Origin: Macrostomum lignano
Taxonomy: Eukaryota
Length of the DNA stretch: 64,000 nucleotides
Reading direction: 5' to 3'
NCBI GenBank assembly: GCA_002269645.1
Contig: NIVC01002432.1
Location: 62,001-126,000, forward strand
The position numbers and the translations under genes were made by a program. Of this stretch, positions 47,561 through 58,800 are shown piece by piece. Each line of letters opens with the position of its first letter. Position 1 is the stretch's first letter. The notes beneath the pieces were generated by a model. The model did not search any database, was not told where the DNA came from, and saw nothing but the letters and a program-made list of their open reading frames with translations.

Positions 47561-50500
47561 ATGGGCAACACCTGCGGGAACGGCGCGGCGGCGAGGCGGA
47601 GAGTCGGCCTGATGGAGCGGCACACTTGTGAGATACTGGAGACCGAATTTGGGGCTGCTTTGACTCCACTTGTCTGATTGATGGCTGCGGATTAACTACT
47701 GTTCACGTTGAGGGTTGTGGATTATTTGGGTTGTGGATTATTTGGGTTGTGGATTATTTGGATTATGGATTATTTGGGTTGTGGATTATTTGGATTGTGG
47801 ATTATTAGGGTTGTGGATTATTTGGTTGTGGATTATTTGGGTTGTGGATTATTTGGGTTGTGGATTATTTGGGTTGTGGATTATTTGGGTTGTGGATTAT
47901 TTGGATTATGGATTATTTGGGTTGTGGATTATTTGGATTGTGGATTATTAGGGTTGTGGATTATTTGGTTGTGGATTATTTGGGTTGTGGATTATTTGGG
48001 TTGTGGATTATTTGGGTTGTGGATTATTTGGGTTGTGGATTATTTGGGTTGTGGATTATTTGGGTTGTGGATTATTTGGGTTGTGGATTATTTGGGTTGT
48101 GGATTATTTGGGTTGTGGATTATTTGGGTTGTGGATTATTTGGGTTGTGGATTATTTGGGTTGTGGATTATTTGGGTTGTGGATTATTTGGGTTGTGGAT
48201 TATTTGGGTTGTGGATTATTTGGGTTGTGGATTATTTGGGTTGTGGATTATTTGGGTTGTGGATTATTTGGGTTGTGGATTATTTGGGTTGTGGATTATT
48301 TGGGTTGTGGATTATTTGGGTTGTGGATTATTTGGGTTGTGGATTATTTGGGTTGTGGATTATTTGGGTTGTGGATTATTTGGGTTGTGGATTATTTGGG
48401 TTGTGGATTATTTGGGTTGTGGATTATTTGGGTTGTGGATTATTTGGGTTGTGGATTATTTGGGTTGTGGATTATTTGGGTTGTGGATTATTTGGGTTGT
48501 GGAGTAAATGGGTTGTGGAGCGTTTGGGTTGTGGACTATTTGGGTTTTGGATTATTTGACTTGTGGATTATTTGGGTTGTGGATTATTTGGGTTGTGGAT
48601 TATTTGGGTTGTGGATTATTTGGGTTGTGGATTATTTGGGTTGTGGAGCGTTTGGGTTGTGGATTATTTGGGTTGTGGATTATTTGAATTGTGGATTATT
48701 TGGGTTGTGGATTATTTGGGTTGTGGATTACTTGGGTTGTGGATTATTTGGGTTGTGGAGTAAATGGGTTGTGGAGCGTTTGGGTTGTGGACTATTTGGG
48801 TTTTGGATTATTTGACTTGTGGATTATTTGAGTTGTGGATTATTTGGGTTGTGGATTATTTGAGGCGTGGATTGAGGTTAATTTGGAGCTTGGATTATGG
48901 ATAATTTGGAGTTTGGGTTGCAGTTTATTTGGGCTTTGGGTTTGTGGATTGTTTTGTGCATTGCAAGGGAGCAACACCGAACATCTGAAGAGTCAGATTA
49001 CAGTTACACTTTCAGTTCTAAAGCCAGCCATCTCTCTTTCTTTTCAAACAAAAATCGCAAGTGCGCCTTTTGAGTCCTCAAGCGCCCTGCCGCCCTGCCA
49101 ATTGCAGTGTCAGAGGAGCAGATGGCTAAGCTGGAGGCCATGTTCAAGAAGGCGGCCAAGGGCAAACGCTATATTAGCTTCAAGGTGAGCTGTTGGCTTG
49201 TAAGAGAGACAAATAAAAATAGGCTGCAGCCTCGTGTTTGCATTCCGACATCTCAAAGCAAGGGTCTAATTTTCCTCGCTTCGAGCAAGAAAGCCAAGCA
49301 AAAACTATCTCCTCTGCATGCTTACAGAAAATAGCTAAAAGTTCAAGCGCAGCAGCTCATTGATAAAAATAAAATTCGACGTGAAACGTTCTAAGATAAT
49401 TTGCGATACGGCCTACTAGTATCAAGTAGGTCAGTAGTATCATAAGGGCATGTAGCTATATTCTTAACTTCGTTTGCAGATGTTTCAATCTCCCCTCATG
49501 CTCACCCTTCACCTCAATGCAGGAGTTTCTCGAGCTCTACCCGGAGTCCAAGCTGCAGAGGGACGAGTCGGACATGCGCTCCGTGTACTACGCCTTCGCC
49601 GACTCCAGGACCAACAGCCTTAAGTTCGACGGGTTCGTCATGCTGATGTTGCTCAGCGACAGAGTCGGCAGCCTCGACGAATCCGAGAGAATGCATGGTA
49701 ATTCGGTTGGGGGTTGTGGTTGATGGGGTTGTAGCTGATGGAGTTGTAGCTGATGGGGGTGTTGCTGATGGGGTTGTGACTGATGGGGTGTTGCTGATGG
49801 GGTTGTGGCTGATGGGGTTGTGACTGATGGGGGTGTTGCTGATGGGGTTGTGGCTGATGGGGTTGCGGCTGATGGGGGTGTGACTGGTGAGGTTGTGGCT
49901 GATGGTGCTGTGGTTGATGGGGTTGTGACTGTTGGGGTTGCGGTTGATGGGGTTGTGGCTGATGGGGTTGTGGCTGATGGTGCTGTGGTTGATGGGGTTG
50001 TGGCTGTTGGGGTTGTGGCTGATGGTGCTGTGGTTGATGGGGTTGTGACTGTTGGGGTTGCGGTTGATGGGGTTGTGGCTGATGGGGTTGTGGCTGATGG
50101 TGCTGTGGCTGATGGGGTTGTGGCTGATGGGGTTGTGGCTGACGGGGTTGTGGCTGATGACGTGGTGGCTCACCCTTAGTGCTCACTCCGCGCTCCCCTC
50201 CCGCAGCCCTGTTCAGCGTGATGGATCCGGCCGGATGCAACAGCGTCCCAAAAGCCGAATTTCGTCGTTTCGTGCGCAGCTTCGTGGTGGACGAGTTGGA
50301 AGATCAAGAAGGTGAAGGCGACGAAGGGGGCGCTGCTGCGGTAGATGTGGCGGTCTCAGTGGAGGGCAGCAACGGCTCTGCCAAGCGCGCCAATGGCGAT
50401 GCCCTCGACGGGACGGTGAGGCTGTGTTCCTATTTCAATATTTTGAGCTCCACAACCAGCTCCACAATTATACTGTTTTGTTCAATTTCAAATTTCAGCC

Positions 50501-50603
50501 TGCGGCGCCGGACGCCCTGCTCGGGTTTGACGAATTCAGCGAATTCTGCGCGAAAGAGAAGTCCGCCTACGGAGCCATCTGTGCCTACGTTTTCCCCATG
50601 TAA
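47561..50603 (+). CDS. N-myristoylated EF-hand protein, NCS/recoverin/calcineurin-B-like fold, 5 exons, 210 aa
   Basis: Exons 47561-47627, 49108-49184, 49523-49697, 50207-50415, 50499-50603. All introns GT-AG and phase-compatible (633 nt). Starts MGNTCG. Helix-loop-helix spacing matches NCS-1 as I recall it (SVYYAF...LKFDGF...GSLDE...LFSVMD...EF...FDEF). Confidence 0.8.
47714..48862. repeat. 16-bp minisatellite (GTTGTGGATTATTTGG), about 70 copies, intron 1 of the EF-hand gene
   Basis: Direct tandem repetition. Source of the artefactual WIIWVVDYLGCGLFGL ORFs. Confidence 0.97.
49716..50160. repeat. 15-bp G-rich minisatellite (GATGGGGTTGTGGCT), intron 3 of the EF-hand gene
   Basis: Direct tandem repetition with GGGG runs. 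Confidence 0.93.
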
Positions 50604-50619
50604 CCTCTTGGCTGCCCGC

Positions 50620-50976
<357 letters not shown>

Positions 50977-51520
50977 AGAGTTTCAAGACTTTGACTGCTC
51001 ATAAACTTCACCTAAACGATAATTGTATTAACTGATATTTGTAATACTCAAATTTACATACAGAAGTCAGATTATCAGGTAAAATATTGAAAATATAGCT
51101 GTAACTTTGTCGTCTATATTTGCGTGATTTTGTTTTTTTCGTTGTACATCAGGCGCACCTACCGCATGGCATTGATGTTGAATAATCGTATTGAATTTAT
51201 CCCTTGTAAGATGGGCTGACTTTCCATTTCAATATCGCTAAAAATACAGTCGATTGCAGTCCCATCATCCTCTCCAGCTGCAGTACAGATAATGGGAGGA
51301 GCTTGGATAAATGTTTCTCAGCATCGCAGCATCATCATTGGGAACTCAGCTTTCCAATCGGCTGCATCCAGCCGCAGCTGCAAGAAACTCGGCGCTCCCA
51401 GCTGCCGATCAGCTGTATTTGCTGACCTACGGTTTGGTAAAACAAAATAGTCAAACTCTGGCTCATTTTCCAAAGAATTTCATGCTGCTGGCGTGCTCTC
51501 TATCTATCCAACCATTTGCA

Positions 51521-52042
51521 ACTCATCGATCTACTCAGCAAACTCATCGATCTACTCAGCAAACTCATCGATCTACTCAGCAAACTCATCGATCTACTCA
51601 ACAACCTCATCAATCTACTCAATAAACTCATCAATCTACTCAATACACCCATCAACCTACTCAACAACTTCATCGATCTACTCAGCAAGCTCATCGATCT
51701 ACTTAACAAACTCATCGATCTACTCAACAAGCTCATCGATCTACTTAACAAACTCATCGATCTACTCAACAAACTCATCGATCTACTCAACAAACTCATC
51801 GATCTACTCAACAAACTCATCGATCTACTCAACAAACTCATCGATCTACTTAACAAATTCATCGATCTACTCAACAAACTCATCGATCTACTCAACAAAC
51901 TCATCGATCTACTTAACAAATTCATCGATCTACTCAACAAGCTCATCGATCTACTTAACAAACTCATCAATCTACTCAAGAAACTCATCAATCTACTCAA
52001 GAAACTCATCAATCTACTCAAGAAACTCATCGATCTACTCAA
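51521..52042 (+). repeat. 21-bp minisatellite (AACTCATCGATCTACTCAACA), about 25 copies
   Basis: Direct tandem repetition. The inverted counterpart is at 53005-53340. Confidence 0.95.
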
Positions 52043-52169
52043 CCGAAGTTACCTGAATTGTAGAAAGTAGGATATTTAACTGCAACTGCCTGCAAACATT
52101 CAGTTTAGTTATTAAACCTCGTTATTGTTGAAAATGGTACATCCTCCTGCCAGCAGAGGTTCCAGGAGG

Positions 52170-54120
52170 CTTATCCATAGACCAAAGCCGGAAACTGTTG
52201 CTTCAACCGCAAAAATGATCGCTCCAATCCATCAAGCCCAGTGCCCCAACTCCCCGCTATGATGAGGGGTCTGACATGAAAATCCCGCATGGGTCGCCGA
52301 GGGCTTTTTTGACAGATTGTTTTGAAGATCCACCAGCGGTAGACAGAGTGAGAGAGAGTGAGACAGGGATATTGTGACTGAAGGAGCAGGTTGGGCTGAA
52401 GCTCTGGGTGATTCCAACGGACGCAAATCCCCAGTGCATTCCATTCCTGTCGAGCTATCACAGCGCTCTGCTTCCTACCACACCACTTCTTCTGCGCCAT
52501 GCCAGTCTTTTGTTTATTCGTTTCTCTGTGCAGCAGCAGACTTTGTTAGTGGGTCCTCGCTCGACCCCACAGCCCCCCCCCCCTAACCCGGGCATGGAGC
52601 CCTAGAGACAGAGAAACAGTTATTTCGAGTTTTTCATCTAAAATCTATATTTGCAATAATCTGCTTCAAGTCCAGATATCTAGCCTAAGGCATCCATGTC
52701 CCTCCTGACCTACACGTGCAAGAAGGATGCAAGATGGAGGATTTGCTCCCGCGTAAATATTTATCCCAATCGGGATGTCTGCAGAAGAGTGGGGGGGGGT
52801 ACCAGCAGATCAGCGACTTAGGCAGTTGTTAGATTCGAATGGCATCGTGCGAAATCTTCTAGGTACTCTGAGCGCTTGTTTAGCTGCTGTTTATGGGAAT
52901 AAGTGGGCGAGATTGGCGAATTAAGAAAGCTTTTTGTACACGTTAATATTGAGCAAATCGGATTGCTGATAATAACAGCATATTGAATGGGCTGATCCAG
53001 GAGATTGTTGAGTAGATCAATGAGTTTGTTGAGTAGAACGATGAGTTTGTTGAGTAGATCAATGAGTTTGTTGAGTAGAACGATGAGTTTGTTGAGTAGA
53101 TCAATGAGTTTGTTGAGTAGAACGATGAGTTTGTTCAGTAGATCCATGAGTTTGTTCAGTAGATCCATGAGATTGTTGAGTAGATCGATGAGTTTGTTGA
53201 GTAGATCGATGAGATTGTTGAATATATTTATGAGATTGTTGAGTAGATGATGAGTTTGTTGATGAGTTTAATTGTGTAGATTGATGGGTTTTTTGGGTAG
53301 ATCGATGAGTTTGTTCAGTAGATCTATGAGATCGTTGAGACGAATGATTGGACAGATTGATAATTAAGATTCTGCTTTCCAAAAAGCTAAATTGTTGTGT
53401 TAAACTCGCACAATATGAGAGCCGCCATCAGTGCATAACTTGTAATTTAATTCTTCACAGCAAAATGCTCAATTTGTTTTCAACCTTGTTGAAGATCCCG
53501 AATGCCCGTCAGGCTTATGAGGCTGATGACGTATTTTAAAAGCATATGACCAACCTTACGTATTAAGATCTGGAATAGTTTCAAAGCTCGCTTGCCCTGC
53601 GAAAACCTGTGATAAAGGATCTCCCAAAATCTTCTCTGTTGAAATGAAAACAGGGATTTGAATAACAAGCAATTCCAAAGATGCCTTAGCGAACTCCACA
53701 TCTGGCCAGCTTCTGCGCCTCATCCGTCAAGCCGGAGTCTTCCATTGCGAAGAAATGCTCTCAGCTGTTGGAACTGGGCAGCAAATTGGACCAGACTAAG
53801 AATTCATTCAGTCCCGAATAGTAATTACTGTATTGGCCAACACCCAAGAATGATCCAGTTCGACCACCCCAGCCCAATTATAGTTATAAAAAAATATTTT
53901 TGTCACTGGGTTGGCATCAGATGCTGAAGCTCGCTAGCTGGTAAGTAAAACTCAGTTTGGACCGGCGCTTTTTTCCGCTTTCGAAGAAGCGAGATGGCCT
54001 GCTCCGTCTCAGGTGGGTGCGAAAGCAACAATTTCATTTCTTAGTTAGCACGTGTGAAGGTTGGGAAAGCGAGCCTGTTTTGATGAGTCAAAAACGTTTG
54101 TATTGGAAAATTGGAGAATT
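52170..54120 (-). mobile_element. Possible heavily decayed LINE RT remnant, interrupted by the second 21-bp array
   Basis: Scattered motif echoes in the expected order on the minus strand: EQAISLLRKRKKAP, GFRRAS, (F)ETI (cf. KAFDTV), SPISP, YLED, VRPL...W...LERSFLR. Many stops and frameshifts. Confidence 0.35.
53005..53340 (-). repeat. 21-bp minisatellite, inverted copy of the 51521-52042 array
   Basis: Unit tgttgagtagatcaatgagtt is the reverse complement of the 51.5-kb unit. Confidence 0.93.
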
Positions 54121-54419
54121 AAATTTATATTCACATTTCTGAGAATTACTTTGTTAGTCGAACCACAGCCCAATTTTTCTGACCTCTGAGCACGCACGCT
54201 CACACAGGGTGTACAACAACCCTCACTCTCTAATCTTCAGACATGTACACTCTCTTGCCTTGGTGGAGTTGGCCCTCATTGTATGTACGCTCGTACTTTC
54301 ACCCAGAAACAATAGCAATTAGCTTTGGGTATTATTCCACAACTGCTAACTAATTTCATTTTAGTTATTTCGTCATTTTTAGTCATTTTTAATTTCATTT
54401 CATTAAGGTGAATGAGGTG

Positions 54420-54920
54420 AATAATGGCAGATTGTTCAGTATGTACCTGAGTTGAATAATGGCAGATTGTTCAGTATGTAGCTGAGTTGAATAATGGCAG
54501 ATTGTTCAGTATGTAGCTGAGTTGAATAATGGCAGATTGTTCAGTATGTAGCTGAGTTGAATAATGGCAGATTGTTCAGTATGTAGCTGAGTTGAATAAT
54601 GGCAGATTGTTCAGTATGTAGCTGAGTTGAATAATGGCAGATTGTTCAGTATGTAGCTGAGTTGAATAATGGCAGATTGTTCAGTATGTAGCTGAGTTGA
54701 ATAATGGCAGATTGTTCAGTATTTAGCTGAGTTGAATAATGGCAGATTGTTCAGTGTGTAGCTGAGTTGAATAATGGTAGATTGTTCAGTGTGTAGCTGA
54801 GTTGAATAATGGCAGATTGTTCAGTATGTAGCTGAGGTGAATAATGGCAGATTGTTCAGTGTGTAGCTGAGTTGAATAATGGTAGATTGTTCAGTGTGTA
54901 GCTGAGTTGAATAATGGCAG
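54420..54920. repeat. 35-bp minisatellite (GCTGAGTTGAATAATGGCAGATTGTTCAGTATGTA), about 14 copies
   Basis: Direct tandem repetition. Confidence 0.96.
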
Positions 54921-55522
54921 AAATACGAACATGCATAAATGGCCATTGTTCAACAAAGCAACATGCTAAACAAGTGCATCGTACTTGTATTTTGTCCAGC
55001 ACAAATATCATTATTTCACACTTAGTTCACGCTATTATAATGCAAATATAAGGAGGGTGGTTGGATATTTATTGAGGGAAAGCAGTCACGTGATGAAATT
55101 TGTACATCGGGTAAATGTACATTGGGGAGCAGCTGTGGAATATGGCAAAAACCAGTTGCTCACAAGAAGACACTCGCCAGGCCAGTTTCGCCAGGGAATC
55201 GAACCCGGGAGCCTCTGAGCCAAAAAAGACAAAAAGGGAGCGTACAATCAGCTATCATTGTCAGAATTATATTAGGCAAAATCTCAGTGGAACCGTCAGA
55301 AGCCTCGCCATTGGCTGCAGATTGAAATTCGGTGGGGGGAGGGGGATTAGCGCGAATATTCTAGCTTCCACCAGCCAGCCTGTCGGCTATTGGGCCGGGG
55401 GCGGATCGCACGGCAACTGACTCGATGGCCAATCTGTGATTAAGTTCGACTCACCACTGCTGCCGCCTGCCGGGAGGGGTTGCCGCGCCGATTTGGTAAA
55501 ATGTAAATTTCCTAGCCGGGGG

Positions 55523-55700
55523 ATAAACAGTCGGAGCCAAACACGCGCGTGTATACAGAAGCCCGGAGACAGGCGGACAAAATCATAAATACAAACACAA
55601 ATCTAAGCAACAGGCAGTGCAGCACAGGTGGGCTCACACCGCCACTTGACTTATCCAGCTGTGTTTACTCCGGGGAGGAGCCGGCTGGTGCTGTGTTTGT
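55523..55700. promoter_or_regulatory. Cluster of forkhead-type RYAAAYA motifs and an NK2-type CACTTGA upstream of the FoxF ATG
   Basis: ATAAACA 55523, ATAAATA 55585, ACAAACA 55591, TGTTTAC 55662, TGTTTGT 55694, and CACTTGA 55643. Confidence 0.45.
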
Positions 55701-55816
55701 CTCCGCCCGGCCGCTGCGAGCCCCGAGGGTTCTCTCTCTCTCCTTCTCTCTCTCTCTCTCTCGGTGTCTCGCTGTGTCTCCCCCCTCTACCAGAGGGTTT
55801 GAATTTATATTAAATA

Positions 55817-58800
55817 ATGGATTTCGCTGGCCCGGCCCTGTCAGGCCAGTCTGGCATTGCCGGCCTTCATCAGCGGCTTCATCAGCAGCAGCCGCAGCTG
55901 CACCCAATTCCTCCGAATGGGTTCAACTTTGAGCAGCGGCGTCCGTATGCAGGTGAGATCGTTTTGCAATACTCATAGGCATCTAACTAATCTCTCGCTT
56001 CTCGAGTCTGCTCGAGTATCTTATCTTCCAATCTCTAACTAAGGCGGTACAGGTAGCTGCGGCTTTGCTGAGGTCAAGGTCGAGCCTTCGCAGTCTGCGC
56101 CAGTTTGGGAGTCCCAGCCGCCACCGCCACCGCCACTGCCGCCGCAACCCGAAGCCGCAGGTGCAGAGTCGGCGGCTCCCGAAGTTGATCAGGAACAGCC
56201 GGGCTGCGAGCTCAACAAAGAAGAAGCTGGCGACGAGCAGCATGGGAAAAAATCTCAAGGTGAGACAGTGGGATGGGTGGGAAAGAGTAGAGAGAGGAGA
56301 GTAGAGAGGGAGGGCAGAGTAGAGAGGGAGGGCAGAGTAGAGAGGGAGGGCAGAGTAGAGAGGGAGGGCAGAGTAGAGAGGGAGGGCAGAGTAGAGAGAG
56401 GGCAGAGTAGAGAGGGGGGCAGAGTAGAGAGGGGGAAGAGTAGAGAGGGGGCAGAGTAGAGAGGGGCAGAGCAGACAGGGAGGGCAGAGTAGAGAGGGAG
56501 GGCAGAGTAGAGAGGGGGCAGAGTAGAGAGGGAGGGCAGAGTAGACAGGGAGGGCAGAGTAGAGAGGGAGGGCAAAGTAGAGAGGGGGCAGAGTAGAGAG
56601 GGGGCAGAGTAGAGAGGGGCAGAGTAGAGAGGGAGGGCAAAGTGGAGAGGGGAAGAGTAGAGAGTGGAGAAGAGAGAACAGTCAGCAGCGCAAGGGGCTG
56701 GGGGACAAAAGTCGCAGGCGTGGGAGTCAATTAGAAAGCACTCGAAGATGCATGGGGGGAGTGGCGAGGGGGTGCCGTTGATGGGGCACAGCAGACTCCT
56801 CCGCACACTGCCCAAAGGCGCACCTGAGCTCGCTGCTCTTCCTGCCATAATGACTGCCAGCTTATAAATAGCATTGGCTAAATTCATGCTGGGTACTCCG
56901 GATAATGGCAGAGAAAATTCCCAAATTCCAAAAAATCTCTGTTGAGAAAACAGTGCTAATCCTAATATGGATGATAGAGCTGGGCGAATGGCACTTGAGA
57001 ATCTCATAATTAATAGGCAGACCGCTTTCCCATAATTGCCGGCGCTTCACATAATTTTATTGAAATAAGCAAATCTGCTTTTCATCTCATAACGGAGATG
57101 GCGTCAAACTTTCTTAAATTGAAAAATACTTAGTTTCTGCTACTGGCTAGGGTTGGTTTATGAAACCAAACTTCAGAAATTACCGGCAGTTTGTGAACCC
57201 TCAGATCCCAGCTAAATGCAAGTTTGTGAACCCTCAGATCCCAGCTAAAGGCAGTTTGTGAACCCTCAGATCCCAGCTAAATGCAGTTTGTGAACCCTCA
57301 GATCCCAGCTAAATGCAAGTTTGTGAACCCCCATATTCCAGCTAAGGGCAGTTTGTGAACCCCCATACCCCAGCTAAAGGCAGTTTGTTAACCCCCATAC
57401 CCCAGCTAAGGGCAGTTTGTGAACCCCCATACCCCAGCTAAAGGCAGTTTATGAACCCCCATACCCCAGCTAAAGGCAGTTTGTGAACCTTCAGATCTCA
57501 GCTAAAGGCAGTTTGTGAACCCCCATACCCCAGCTAAAGGCAGTTTGTGAACCCCCAGACCCCAGCTAAGGGCAGTTTGTGTTCCAATCGGTGCAGTCTG
57601 TGGGGTTCGGCGCGGCCACCCCAGTCAGTTCGGCAGAGTTCAAGCTAATTGATTCGCTCAGCCGGGCAGTTCAGACCCCAGCGCATGCATTGAATGTAGA
57701 CATTAAAGAAATGGATTTGGCCCCAGAATCGAAGATGAAAGATGAATTTCGGGTTGGTGCGTCCCCTCGCTGGCTTCAGCGTTCCTACGGCTCCTCCAGT
57801 TTTGTCGTGCTGCGTTTCTACCCTCGGGAGTTTTTCGATGGAGATCGCGCGGGGGCGCGCACTTGACGTGCAGAGAGGAGGATTTTTCTGTTTGGTGGGA
57901 GGCGCTGGCTGGGGCATTGCAAATGGGCCCAAATTATTTTATCTGGCCACGATGACCGCAGCACCGGGGGGGGGGAGGGAGTTTCTTCCCACGTTTGTAG
58001 CTGCAGCGTGCGTCAGTCAGTCCGGTGATTCCCAGTACCTGTGCGTCACCCGCGCATCTCTTTATCAAATCGCTTGATCTATTGAAGTCGCATGCTTCAG
58101 ATTAGCGCATGCACCTGTCTGCTGTGTTCGGCTTCAATGCGGTTTAGTGGGCCACTGCTGTCAGAGAGTAGCTGTATAATAAATGAATGGCTGAAAATTA
58201 CATTTTCCTTCTGTGCATTTGCTGCTGCAGAGACAGGTGGGGGGGCTAAAGGAAAGGGGAGAGGAGAGTAGAGAGGGGAGAGCGAGGGGATAGAGGAGAG
58301 GGAGAAGAGAGGCAGGGGAGACGGAGGGGAGAGGGACTGAGGAGAGGGAGAGAAGGAGAGGGAGACAGTAGAGAGGGAAGAGAAGGGAGATAGGGGAGAG
58401 AAGGGAGATAGGGGAGAGAAGGGAGATAGGGAGAGAAGGGAGATAGGGAGATAAGGGAGATAGGGGAGAGAAAGGAGATAGGGGAGAGAAGGGAGATAGG
58501 GGAGAGAAGGGAGATAGGGGAGATAAGGGAGATAGGGGAGATAAGGGAGATAGGGGAGAGAAGGGAGATAGGGGAGAAGGGAGATAGGGGAGAGAATGGA
58601 GATAGGGGAGATAAGGGAGATAGGGGAGAGAAATTCCAATTACAGTTACCCGTTACAATTGTACCGGGTTCTAAACTAATTCGCAAACCACAGTCCCGCA
58701 TAGATAGTGTATCAGTCTGAGCTGTCCTTTAACCGCGCATTGCAGCTGCCGCCAGCGGCAGACGCTCGGAGAAGCCGCCGTACTCCTACATCGCGCTGAT

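Noticed and set aside
47708-48815. Long W/I/V-rich ORFs resembling membrane proteins
   Set aside because: Translations of a stop-free 16-bp intronic minisatellite.
51493-52070. (KLIDLLN)n coiled-coil ORF
   Set aside because: All frames are open because of the 21-bp period. No start or splice context, so treated as a repeat.
55165-55215. Reverse-strand B-box (GGTTCGATTCC), possible tRNA/SINE
   Set aside because: No A box at the expected distance. At most a SINE fragment.
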